A stretch of DNA of 64,000 nucleotides from Octopus vulgaris (lineage: Eukaryota), in NCBI GenBank assembly GCA_951406725.2, contig OX597816.1:94612001-94676000 (forward strand), in the 5' to 3' direction. Below, in pieces: positions 1-11,874 of the stretch (positions are counted from its first letter, which is position 1; every line of letters begins with the position of its first letter). The position numbers and the translations under genes were made by a program. Under the pieces are notes generated by a model, which made no database searches, was not told the origin of the DNA, and saw only the letters and a list, made by a program, of their open reading frames with translations.

Positions 1-645
1 GTCCATCACTATGATCCAGAGACCAAAGCCCAGTCAATGCAGTGGAAGCACCGTGACTCACCTCCTCCAAAGAACGCAAGGGTGCAGTCCTCCGCTGGCA
101 AGGTCATGCTCACAGTCTTCTGGGACCAGGACGGAGTAGTGATGACAGATTTCCTGGCAAAGGGTACCACAATTACAGCAGCCTATTATGCTTCACTTTT
201 GAGGAAATTAAGAGAAGCTATCAAAATCAAGAGGCGGGGCAAGATCAGCAAAGGCATCCTCCTCCTGCAGAACAACGCTCCGGTTCACTACTCGCGTGTC
301 GCCAGATCAGAAGCACAGGCGTGCGGCTATGAACTCCTCCCCCATCCCCCCTACTCTCCTGACCTTGCACCCTCTGATTTTCACCTCTTCCCAGCCATGA
401 AGTTGTTTTTGAAAGGAAAGCGTTCCCCAGATGATGCAGCCTTGATTTCTGAAGTCACGTCGTGGTTGGAGGACCAAGCTGGGGTCTTCTACAAAAACGG
501 TCTCCAGAGCTGCATCAAAGGATGGGAGAAATGTGTAACTCTGGGTGCTTTCTATGTAGAAAACGACTAATAGCTGTGCCAAGATTCGTTGCTCTACTGC
601 TATGGGAAGTGGGTCAGGGGCATTACTTATTGAACGCCCCTCGTA
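1..645 (+). mobile_element. Mariner (DD34D) transposon, 3' part: transposase C-terminus (frame 1-570) plus right TIR
   Basis: Uninterrupted frame VHHYDPETKAQSMQW...VFWDQDGV...LLLQNNAPVH...HPPYSPDLAPSDFHLF. There are 34 residues between the 2nd and 3rd catalytic positions, and the 2nd D reads N. TIR-like end CATTACTTATTGAACGCCCCTCG (621-643) is followed by TA. Confidence 0.95.
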
Positions 646-835
646 TATCTATACATATATATGTAAATGTAGAATGCTGGAATGAGTACTCATCACTGCA
701 TTGGTGGATAAATAGATTGTTTTCCAAAATGGAAGTGAACACCTTTCTCCATGCAATCAAAAAATTAAGATACTTGGATATTCTTCTACTCTTCTTAACA
801 TGAAACCAATAGTAGCCTTTATTCACAAATAAAGA

Positions 836-879
<44 letters not shown>
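836..879. repeat. (TA)n(GA)n compound microsatellite
   Basis: Directly visible; one of many such tracts. Confidence 0.95.
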
Positions 880-1021
880 GTAATGGTGTCAATAAGACCC
901 AAAAGTGTCAGGTAATGCTGAATAGGTGCTATGGACAGACTATAGTTAAGCTCTAGGTTTGGTAATAATGCGAATGAGGAGCCCAACGTAGGTCATATAT
1001 CAGCATGTGTATATATTAAAA

Positions 1022-1275
1022 AAAATTAACAGAATGAGATAAAAAATCCAAGGCTGTGAAAGATTTCAGAACATTCATAAATAGGTCTTACAGCTGTTTC
1101 CGGGATTATATATATCCCTTCATCGGAGACAGTGTGAGAAAATGGTTAAGCAATAGTTATTCTAGATAAGATATTTGTAAACGGTGTTATTGAATTAATT
1201 CAATAACACCATTTACAAACTCTTTGCTTGGAATGACCAATTTTAAATACTATTGGAACTTACAAGTACAGGAAT

Positions 1276-1313
<38 letters not shown>

Positions 1314-1558
1314 ATTCTGCCTAAATAGTGGAACTACAGATACAATATCCCTGCATATCTCACGTCTATTTTCATTCCTCCACTTCACTCTCTATTTCAT
1401 ATCTTATCTAGAATAACTATTGCTTAACCATTCTCTCACACCCTCTCCGATGAAGAGATATATAAAATATCCTGGAAACAGCTGTAAGACCATCTCTTTA
1501 TAAATGTTCTGAAATCTTTCATGGGCCTTGAATTTTTTTATCTCATTCTGTTAATTTT
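1022..1558. mobile_element. Fold-back pair (arms ~1022-1174 and ~1399-1558) of a Penelope-like terminal repeat carrying a hammerhead motif
   Basis: The arms are reverse complements, e.g. GGTTAAGCAATAGTTATTCTAGATAAGATAT / ATATCTTATCTAGAATAACTATTGCTTAACC. Each contains CCGATGA...GAAACAGCTGTA. (TA)n tracts lie inside and on the flanks. Confidence 0.75.
1085..1130 (-). ncRNA. Minimal type I hammerhead ribozyme motif (variant core CCGAUGA)
   Basis: The - strand reads GTCT CCGATGA A GGGAT-atatata-ATCCC G GAA ACAGCTGT A AGAC. Stem I is GTCT/AGAC, stem II is GGGAT/ATCCC, and stem III is the palindrome ACAGCTGT. A degenerate + copy lies at 1443-1490. Confidence 0.6.
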
Positions 1559-1577
1559 ATATATATATATATGTTCA

Positions 1578-2000
1578 TTATTTACAATTAATGGATATTT
1601 GTTCTCATCTTGTAAACACAATGTTTCGGCTGATATACCCTCCAGCCTCCATCAGGTGTCTTGGGGAAATTTCAAACCTGGGTTCTCATTCTTAAGGTAT
1701 TTTTTGATGTTGTTGCTATTATTATTATTATTATCATTCAGGTCACTGCCTGGAATCGAACTCGGAATCTTGGGATTAGTAGCCCACACTCTTAACTACT
1801 ACACCATATGCCCAAGATTCCGAGTTTGATTCCAGGCAGTGACCTGAATAAAAATAAATAATAACATCGAAAAATACCTTAAGAATGAGAACCCAGGTTC
1901 AAAATTTCCCCAAGACACCTGATGAAGGCTGGAGGGTATATCAGCCAAAATGTTGTGTTAACATACAAGATGAGGACAAATATCCGTCAATTGTAAATAA
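1578..2000. mobile_element. Fold-back pair of a tRNA-headed short element with a hammerhead motif (full copy on - 1578-1813; 5'-truncated copy on + 1811-2000)
   Basis: The - strand head GGGCATATGGTGTAGTAGTTAAGAGTGTGGGCTACTAATCCCAAGATTCCGAGTTCGATTCC has A-box and B-box-like motifs. Hammerhead motifs lie at 1615-1660 (-) and 1914-1959 (+). The arms join through a shared CCC. Confidence 0.75.
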
Positions 2001-2034
2001 TTCCTCATCTCTTAAATATAGAACTATATATATG

Positions 2035-4250
2035 TTATTTGGGAATGACTGGTGTAGTAGCATTATAGTCAGTTACTACAAGGATAAGGTAGATGCCTTA
2101 GACAAGTAATTACAGAGGCATTAAATTGGTGGACCAGGTCATGAAAATTATGGTAAGAGTTATAGCCCAATTAATTAGAAACAGAATCAAAATAGATGAA
2201 ATGTAGTTTAGCTTTCTGGTGAGGAGAAGCTCTACTGATGCTATCTTTATAGTCAGACAACTACAGAACAAGTATTTGGCTGAGAATAAACCATTGTACT
2301 TGGTGTTTGTTGACTTAGAGAAAACCTTTGACAGAGTACCCCACTGTGTGATATGGTGAGCTAGGAATAAACAAGCAGCTTGTAGAAGTTGTGGAGGCCA
2401 TGTAAAGAGGTTCTGTCAATAAGGTGAGAATTAATCATATGTATAGTGATGAATTTAGTGTGCAGGCAGACATTCATCAGGGTTTGGTTCATCATTGTCC
2501 TCCAGGTCATAACACAGGGATTCAAAACTGGCCGATTTTGCCTTCATAGCAGAATCTGTAACAATTAGAAAAGAAATTCCAGGTGTGGAAGCAAAACCTG
2601 GAATTGAAGGGCCTTAAGGTTAACTTAGCAAAGACTAAAGTTCTAGTAAGCAAGAAAATGGCCAGGACCCTACCCACATCGGGTAAATGGTCCTGCTTAT
2701 TATGTAGGAAAGGTGTAGGCAGTAATTCCATACAGTGTACCCTGTGTAAACTATAGACACACAAGAAGTACTGTGGAGCAATAATAGGGTTATCAGAGAA
2801 AGAGTGTTTGTATATTGGAAGATGTACTGGAGCCATAAAAATCACGGATACTTAAGAAATTGATTTTCTCAAATGCCCTGGAAGCTTTTCAGAAGTAAAG
2901 GGCAATTTTTGCTACCTAGGGGACTTAATTAGTAGTGGGAGAGGATGTATGGAAAGTATAATTACTAAAGTAAGAATAGGATGAAAATTCAGAGCTTTTA
3001 CCCAAGGTCTCTCTCTCTGAGTGAAAGGAAGATTGATGCATGTGTACAAACAATAACGCTACATGGGTTCTGAATGCAGAAGACTAGAGAGGAATGAAGC
3101 TAGTATGCTCTGCTGCATGTGCAACAGTGCTAGTGTATTGAGAGAAAAGCTAGATATAAGAGGAATTATGCAGTGTGCAAGAGAGAAGACTGAGTTGACT
3201 TGGTCATATGATGCTTGTGGATGTGGATAGTTGCATAAAGAAGTGAAAGAGAAAGACATGGGACAAAATACTGAAGGCCAATCTCAAGACATTGAGCCTT
3301 ATGATGAGAAAGGATTGAAATATCTGGTGCCCTGCAGTTCTCAAGGAGACTCATCCACCACAGTAGAAATTATAACCTAAACTACCTTGGTTAATAGTTG
3401 TCTGAGGAGCTCCGTTCCATCATCCATTTCTCCTTAGCTTTCATCTCCTTTCTATCACCTGAGCTAAATAGGTGCATACTACATCCCCCTGCTTTCTCTG
3501 TTACCTCTAATTCTCATCTTCTTCTGCCTGTTGTCTCCATCAATCACCTCCTTTCCGTGCTTTCTCTCCCCTATGTTGTTCTCCAGCATTAACACCTTAT
3601 TTATCTGCTATCATCCTCAATGCAATCGCCATTCCATAGCTTCTGTATTTCCTTCCATCATTTGTCTCAGTCACCTCTAAGTTCAAACTTCTGTTTCACC
3701 CCCCTCTTATTCTCACCACCCACAATGTCCCTCAAGGACATATCCCAGCACATCTTCACCACCATCTCTCTTTATCTTACTCTCTAACCCACTTACCTTT
3801 GTTTTTTAACTGGAGTATTCATATATCTATTCTACAGCACTGTCACTTGAGGGTACACCCCGACACATGTTTACCCCCACTTTTTTCTCTTTCTCCCCAC
3901 CCACTTTCTGACTGGGGCAGCTGTATCTCTCTACAGCAAGACATCTATTTCTGTCCATCATATAATCTTTCATCACCTGGCATGAAGCTAAGTTCTTCAA
4001 TACTACTCCTCTCAGTTGAGGTGGTCTTGTCTTGTGAGCTACTTAATGATCTCGCTGGTGCTGGTGTAACTTACAAAGAACCCTGTACACTCTGTAAAGT
4101 GGTCGGTACTAAGAAGGGCATCCAACCATAGAAACCATGCAAAGCAGACAGTTAAGCTTGGTGCAGTCCTCTGGCTCACCAGTTCTTGTCATACTGTCCA
4201 ACCCACACCAACTACTTGCATGGAAAACATATTAAATGGTGATGATGATT
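2035..4250 (+). mobile_element. Decayed RTE-clade LINE: RT region, C-terminus, pyrimidine-rich 3' UTR and (GAT)n tail
   Basis: Frameshifted remnants: NYRGIKL, IKIDEM*F, STDAIFIVRQLQNKYL, LYLVFVDLEKTFDRVP, GLKVNLAKTKV, and a Cys-rich CxxC..CxxC..H insert. A CT-rich tract follows at 3400-3800, then a GAAGGGCATCC motif and GATGATGAT at ~4240. Confidence 0.85.
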
Positions 4251-4869
4251 CTCCATGACAATACAATAAATGGCTTTCTTACTGGTTTGGATATTCCTCT
4301 GGCATATTTGAACTTGTAACAAATTTGTATTTATACACATCATTGCTTAGCGGTGCCACCCCATATTTTATTTATGAGGGAATATCATAAGAGGGACTTA
4401 TTTCTCGTGTCAGTCCACAGCATCAGCTTTCTTGGTCTCTGTTACTGAAGAGGAGATAACCCTCCAAAATGCATGTACCCAACAGTCTGGTTAGGGAACA
4501 ATATGAGCTGACTCAGTGTATTTCCACCTATTTGTCAACAGCAAAAAAATTTTCTCCTTGGCAAATACAGTGAATGGCTTCCTTACACAATCTAGTTATA
4601 GCTTTGCATATGCAGATATTATTTTAAACAATAGAGAGCTCAATAAAAAATGCAGTGTCTAGTAATTTTATCAAGATATTGAATTAGTCATTGATATCAA
4701 TCAGCTATTGGTTTCGCTATATCTTCAGACCATAAGGTAGATTTATTTCAGCCTTCTATGACTAGTAAATAGACAACCTTATAATTGTTAAAATTCATTT
4801 AAATCTGAAATTATACTTTCAAATTATCTATTAATTATTATAATGTGAATATCTAATAACTAGTAGACA

Positions 4870-5820
4870 TGCCCTTTGCATTTTTCTATACACGAACTCT
4901 ATTTGGCATGCTAGTGATCAGATGACAAATATTCTCTTGAGGAGCTTCATACAGAAATCACAAAAATCTGGCTTTGAGGATGCTTTCTTGTTCTTTTTAG
5001 GAAGTGTCCTGTCCATTATGCCCATAAGTGTTCAATAGGGTTCATATCTGGTGATTGGCTAGGCCATGGAAGCTTTTTAATTTTATTCTCTTCCAACCAA
5101 TCATGGGTCTTTTTAACCATGTGGCAAGGAGCCCTATCTTCCATAAATAAAGAGTCTTTAATCATTTCACCACTGGAGAAGACTGGAAGGATTCCTTCCT
5201 GCAATATGGACACATATTTATCTGAGTTTATGTTTCCTTCAAACAATATCAGCACTGACTGACCATTGCTCCCCAGACCTTCACAGAATAGCCGCTATGT
5301 TTTATTGTTGGCTGCAATCTTTTCACACCAAATTCTTGATCACAGAGTCTCCAGACCCACACTCAACCACTGTCAGAAAATACAGCAAATCTGGACTTAT
5401 CTGAGAATATGATAGTGTCCCAAAATGTTAGTGGCCTCTCCACTATCTCACTGACCCAGTCTTTTCTCTACTTGACATTGGTTGGTCAAAGAAGTGGCTT
5501 CCTTCTTCTTGCTCTGTCAGTAGCCAAGTTTGTGGAGATACCCGACAGTTGTTCTAGGGCAGACATCAATTTGTTCTGCTATGTCAGAGGCCTTGCAATA
5601 AGGATTATCTTCTATACTTCTCTTAACAAAACGAAGGGTCCTGGATCAGGTGATGCAGACTTCTTCCCTCTCTAGTAAATTGCACAATCACTTTATTAAC
5701 TGTAGAAATTGAGATTCCAAGGTTTTCTGCGATTTTATGCTAAGTCCACCTTCAGACTGACCCACAATATGGCTGCTTTGAAATTCAGACAGTTCCAAGG
5801 CTTCTTTTGTATGTGGCATG
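4870..5820 (-). mobile_element. Tc1-family (DD34E) transposase remnant
   Basis: ORF 5016-5255 contains FMEDRAPCH...LPWPSQSPDMNPIEHLW (D-34-E). IFSDKSRFAVFSD-like sequence occurs near 5380-5410. Boundaries are approximate. Confidence 0.85.
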
Positions 5821-6189
5821 ATTAAGCAGTCACATAAAAATGTCAATTAATAAAAAATATAAACCTTTTTAATTTTAAATAAACATAAAATAATGTTTTA
5901 TGGGATGACTATTTACTTGTCATGTGTGTGTGCATATATATATATATATAATGCTGGTTCCATGATAAACTGCACCCAGCACTCTGTAAAGTGGTTAGTG
6001 AATGTGCTAAGATAATGTAGAGTTGAGTGGACCCTTAAGTCTGTCCTAGAACATCTCAACTTTTCTAGTGCTGCTACCAGTATAAAACGCTTATAACACA
6101 ATATGTGAGTTATATAACATTCCTGAAAATCTCATTTAAAAATGGTTTCTACAACATATAACACACATTCACATATTTCACCACCTCAC

Positions 6190-6484
6190 CATTCAAATAT
6201 ACTTTGAGTGTAAAGGAGGACAACATTAGCAGTTATAGAATTGACTGGTCTTTTATAGAACACAAATTTTCTTCTATTAATAGCTCTGGAAGATACAATC
6301 TTTGCCACTTGAAGAATTATAACATCTTGCTGCAACATTTTATAATTTTGAGCAAAAGAATGGAATTCATGAATTCCTGCAACACTCCCATTGATATTTA
6401 TTGACAAATTTCTGAATACCAACTGGCTAAAATAGTTTATTTTCAACATAATGGCTATGCCATATCTTGTGAGATGCTCACATA
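6190..6484 (-). CDS. Probable internal coding exon (295 nt) of an unrecognised gene
   Basis: Strong acceptor TTTTTTCCTTTTTACAG| and donor TG|GTGAGG. The frame is open between them (CEHLTRYGIAIMLKINYFSQLVF...VVLLYTQSIFEW) and stops right at the donor. The sequence is not repeat-like. Confidence 0.55.
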
Positions 6485-7220
6485 CTGTAAAAAGGAAAAA
6501 ACAGATTTTCATCATCTACATAAACATTCACTACTTTCTTGCTTTTATGTATTTTGCACATACATTACTGAAATATGGATAAAGTTTTTTTTAATTTTTT
6601 CATAATTGTGGCATCAGTACTTATTTGGTTACCTTGTAACCCACAAAACTAAATACCCAACACTTTATAGTCGATCCATTTGTGCAAGGTGAGTAGCAGA
6701 GAGACTGATGACAAAAGAACTGGAATGGGTGGCTGAAAGGAACAAGAGTATGATAGTGGAAACAAAATGGTTAGAGTGAAGGGGTAACAAGGAGAGAGTA
6801 ATGAATAGTAACTGAAGTGGACACTGGTAAGAAAGAATAATGGATGTCAACAACAAGTAGCTTGGCTAGAGGGAATGGTGACTGCACCTTGGAAAAGGTG
6901 ATGGTAGAGTGTGTTGGGTCAAACAGGTTTGATGCAAAACCTAAAGCTTAGGCCTCTGAGGGTTGAACATGTGTGATAAAGATGTTGGTAGGAAGAAGAC
7001 TGAATACAGCTAGTTCCAGTGCTAGTGCTTACTATACAGGTCACATGGCACACTGAATAGAAGCAAGGTTATCAGACAGATGAAAAAGCTAGATAATGAC
7101 ATATCTAGTTACACAAGCATGTGAATAGGAACTGATATACTGGCATCCTTAGTAACATGGACAACATAATACTGTGAATAAAAAAGGTGATAGAGAGATA
7201 AGAGAATATTGGGAGGAAGG

Positions 7221-7618
7221 AGGCGGTGAGCTGGCAGAAACGTTAGCATGCCAGGCGAAATGTTTAGTGGTATTTCGTCTGCCGCTACGTTCTGAGTTCA
7301 AATTCCACTGAGGTCGACTTTGCTTTTCATCCTTTTGGGGTCGATTAAATAAGTACCAGTCACACACTGGGGTCGATATAATTGGCTTAATCCATTTGTC
7401 TGTCCGTGCTTGTCCTCTCTGTGTTTAGCCCCTTGTGGGTAGTAAAGAAATAGAAATAGGTATTTCGTCTGTCATTATGTTCTGAGTTCAAATCCTGTCG
7501 AGGTCGACTTCGCCTTTCATCCTTTTGGAGTCGATAAGTTAAGTACCAGTTGCATACTGGGGTCAATCTACTTGACTGGCTGCCTCCCCCAAAATTTTGG
7601 GCCTTGTGCCTAAAGAAA
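7221..7618 (+). mobile_element. Dimeric tRNA-derived SINE with Nin/Deu-like central domain
   Basis: GGCGGTGAGCTGGCAGAAACGTTAG head, GAGTTCAAATTCC B-box, and GTCGACTTTGCTTTTCATCC...TAAGTACCAG core present twice. Exact 18-bp TSD AGAATATTGGGAGGAAGG (7203-7220, 7619-7636). Confidence 0.85.
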
Positions 7619-7689
7619 AGAATATTGGGAGGAAGGGCAGACAACAGTTGTAGACTTAACAGGGATAAGTTGGTTGAGAGACCAAAGTG

Positions 7690-7900
7690 TAGATTTATTA
7701 TACCTACCAGTCTCCATTTTAACATGCATTTTGTTGTGCTTGTACAGGTGAGGTCTCCTCCAGCACTGCATGTCACAAATAATCTGTCCTTTGTCATCTC
7801 CTCTCTAAAGCTCAGTATTTCGAAATTAGTCCTCACGACTTCATCCCATATTTTCCTCTGCCTCCCTCTTCCATAGGTTCCCTCCATTTGGAGTGTCTTC
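7690..7900 (-). mobile_element. RTE LINE ORF C-terminal fragment
   Basis: MEGTYGRGRQRKIWDEVV...EEMTKDR is a typical RTE C-terminus. The purine-rich tract at 6690-6960 probably belongs to its 3' UTR. Confidence 0.7.
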
Positions 7901-7924
7901 ATCAGAGATTAATGACATATAATC

Positions 7925-8185
7925 TATTGGGGTGGCAACTAAGTTCCTGCCGTTTTTTTAAATTTTGGAATTTATTGTGTTTTTAAATTTTAGAATCTAT
8001 TTTTTTTCGAGAATTCTATTTTTGAATCATTTTGGAATTATTTTGTTTTTTTTTTCTAGTTAATTTTAGTTTAGTTTCAGATCATTAAAATGGAATGTCA
8101 AGTTAAGAAAAACGAGCATTTTCGACACCTCCTTTTTGCTTTTAATCAAGGTTCTAAGCTGCTCGCGACATTTGTGCTGTGGTTT
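7925..8185 (+). mobile_element. Mariner 5' end (TIR plus start of transposase), truncated
   Basis: TA-TTGGGGTGGCAACTAAGTT TIR-like start, then MECQVKKNEHFRHLL(L)FAFNQG, a mariner HTH N-terminus. Confidence 0.7.
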
Positions 8186-10271
8186 ATGTGGTTTAAGGTG
8201 TTGGTTTATGGAAAGGTAGTGGTTCAAAATAAAGCTGTTTTCCTTTTCCTTTTTGACATAACAATGGTATTAATAACTCAGTGTTACTCTAAAGATTCAA
8301 ATGTGTAAACTGTGTCACATCAACTTTTACTCCAAAATTGTTTTACTATTCTTAAATCATTTCTGGTAAAATTATTGCATCAATATCTGATTGGGTTAGC
8401 AAAAATATTTTTTATGAACCCCTTAAGATGAAAACTAGATTCCATTATGATGAAAACTGTATTTTTTAGAATGGCATTTAAGTTTGTTTCGGATATTATG
8501 TTTTGTGGCTATGTTCTGTGATTCTGAATTAATTTCATCGTATATGATGATGTTAGTTGTTTTGTAAGAATTTGGAATGCATAAAAGCTTATTGTAAATA
8601 TGTTGCTTTTCTCATTTTGTCAGCTGATATACATACAGCTTTGAAGGATTTACAATTCTAACCTTCACACTTGCACAAGTGTTGTTTTAAAATTCCATAT
8701 TCTTTATTAAATAAATTCTATAGTCCTTATTAAAGAGCTCATCTAAGTTTTTATTTCACAATAAGCATCTCTGGGATTTGAATCTGGATCCATGCTATTC
8801 GTTTAGTTTTGTTATTCTGTTGTCATAAAAGTTAACATTCCCTCACATGGTTTATCGCATTTTATCTTCTGAATGAATTGTTGATGTTTAGTCCCAGCAG
8901 ATGCCATGACCAAAGGAATTCCAGTGGAATTCTATTCCACTATTTTGGGGGTGTATATGGCTGTTTAATGTGTCCTACCCTTATATAAGATGGTAGGATG
9001 TGATTTGAAGACTATTTAGCTGCTATTTTGAACAGGCTGTTTAGAATATTGATTCTCCCTTGTTCGATTTTTCTTAGTGAAAAAAGAATATATTTCAATG
9101 AAATAGTTCATATCTCTCCCTTTCATTGTTTGCATTCTGTGTTTATGCTTAGCATTCAATGATCAGGAATGATTGTATATTGTTTTCATCTTAGTTTATT
9201 TTATGCTATTCAAATATAAGATGTTCAATACAACCCTCCATTAAAAATTTGTGAAGTGCAATCTTAAACAAAAGCTATGAACATATTTTGACCTACCAGC
9301 ATATAACCAGATTCCATTTCCTGGAGTTTAAAACAATTGCTTGCTTTATACTTATGGTAAATGTATTCCTACTGAAAAATTTTCATCGACTGGCATGCCA
9401 AAGATTTTCTTTGCACATTTTTCTACCTTACTTTCAGACATCATGGAAATTTCCACAAGAAATAAAATTTTAAACCTATTGCTCAATGGCATTTAAGCAC
9501 AGTTAAACCTGTAATAACATTAACAATCATAAAACATAAATCTTTTTAGACTAGATAATTTTTCAGTTTTGTTATTTAATTAAATCTTCAAGGAGATCCT
9601 TGGGGCATCTCTAATTTGAACACCTTTGGGCTCACTATCTTAAAGCAGTTAAACAACATTAAAACCGAAAACATTTCTGGTATGCTAAAACTTTGTTAAT
9701 TTCATTTCTGGTCTTAGTTGTTTCCACATTGGAGACTGATATTGAGGACAGTAGTGAAGGGGATGATGTTTCTCTGCATATTTGATGGCAAGCAAACTGA
9801 AAACCATTAGGAATGCAGAGACCCCACCAAATTCAGGAATGGTGGGGGTTTGTTTTTGTGCACTTGCAGGGATGAAAAAGATTAACTATTATGCTGCACA
9901 GGTTTTTAATATGAATGAATATAATTAAGTAATCACCAAAATCTTGAGGCCTGTTCCAAGCAAGAATTTTGCCTGTTCTAAATTCACCACATCAGACTCT
10001 ACTAAAATAGGCATACATGAATGTGAAGGTATCACATACATTCTGTCTACTTTGAAGAACATTGAAAAACAATTTGCTACCAGCAGAAACATGTTTCCTG
10101 TTGATTTATGGGCATAAAGCTAATAAACCTCATTAAAGTGACACAAGGCCTAGTTGAAGTCACCAGATAAAATACATCATTAAAATTTAAAGCTGAAACG
10201 ATACTAATATAATTCTTTAATAGTCCTATAATTACTGGTTTATTCTAATATACTCCACAGCATGTTCTTAC

Positions 10272-10376
10272 ATCTCATTGTAAAACAAATTGGAATGTCC
10301 AGATTTGGGCCACAAAAACGATTTTTTTCACACCTCTCTTGAAAGTTTTTCTTAAGTTTGTCGGGTATGCATATAT
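10272..10376 (-). CDS. Candidate coding exon (105 nt, phase 1-1) of the putative minus-strand gene
   Basis: TAG| acceptor with a weak pyrimidine tract and T|GTAAGA donor. Open frame ICIPDKLKKNFQERCEKNRFCGPNLDIPICFTMR is phase-compatible with 6190-6484. Confidence 0.3.
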
Positions 10377-11874
10377 CTATAGTATAGATGTTGTAGATTT
10401 ATCAATATAACCGTATACTATAATCTGATTAATAGCAAGTTTTTACACAGGTGTTTAAACATTTCAATCAGCTATAATGGTTTCCTATTGACGAGGTACA
10501 AAGACAGTATTTTAGAGGAAAGAATATTACACGTGCTAGTGCCTTGTAAAAAGCAACTGTACCAGTAATACATAGAAAGCACCTGTGATGATGATGAATA
10601 AAAGAGGTTATTATTATGCATAGGGCTTTTCCAGCATTAATAGCATAAAATGAGCTTGAGTTAAACAAGAATGAAAATTGAGTTGATGTTTGACTTGCCA
10701 ATATTGTTCTCTTGCTCTACACTGTTCTATGCAGTTGCTCACTAGCCTTTCACTACACCCCCTCTAATGCATGAATAGCACATGATTAAAGCCCTTGAAG
10801 GTACTGAATATATCAAGCCTCAAAATCTATGATGATTTCTTATGGTGTCACCACATATATCAGCACCAGAACTGTATCCTAAAAACTTGAAGTAACTGAA
10901 GAAAGTTATAGCATCATATATGATAGATGAACTGATGAGTGAAAGCCAAATCTATAGCATTTGATTTCTCTGCACTTTTAGTAAGAAAAGCAAATAATTT
11001 ACAGTAAATATAGTATGAATGAAAATATCAATTTGAATAGATGTTGTGAAAGTGGCTCTTTATAACATCTATGTCCACCAGGTTTTCATGGCACATTACA
11101 GAGGTGATTTGCTACTACCTTCCACTTTTTTCCTACAAGAGTAAATAAATTTGGTATCTATTTACAGTAACTGGCAGAACGTTGTGCTGAAGACATGACA
11201 CAAAACCATCAACCTTTCTTTGGATGTCTGCTATTTTATCTATTCATTAATCTGTGCTCTTAGTTCATATGATGAGTTTCAATACCATTTCCATCACTTA
11301 ATTTTCACTTAATAACATATAAGCTCAAACAGCAAACTTGTTTCTCAAGTTCAGTAAGCAGTCCATAACTTTTTGTGTTCATTAATTTAGCTAACATCAG
11401 TTTTATGATCAGGTAACACCAAACTGAATAATGAATGCTTGTTTTTAATTGGAGACATTAATAGAAGTGATGATTAAAAAGTTTGATTACTGTTTATAAA
11501 TCTCAAAATAAATCACAATTTCCACTACTGTCAACATAATCTTTTTTTCAACAATATTAAGGCACTACCACTACACATATCAACAAAGAAAAAAAAACAA
11601 CAAAAACTCATGAACAATGCCCTTGTAAAATCCTCTAAGTTATTACATGAGCTAGATCTGATAGTCTCTTATACAACCAAAGTTATACACCAAAGATGGC
11701 TGTATTTTCAGGACCAGAAAATATTTCTCGGTTTTTATTCAGTCACTGGCCCACTTCAAAACTCAAGTGCCTTCCACCTATCTCATACAATGCTCACAGT
11801 ACTTAATAAGCATTCTTAATTGAATTGCAAATGATTGACAATAACCCACATATTAACAATAATCTATGAGCATA

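Noticed and set aside
1745-1813. Possible functional tRNA gene on -
   Set aside because: The acceptor and T stems pair poorly, and it is the head of a repeated element duplicated in inverted form; treated as a SINE-type head.
10932-10945. CTGATGAGTGAAAG hammerhead-like string
   Set aside because: No room for stem II and no stem I or III; chance match.
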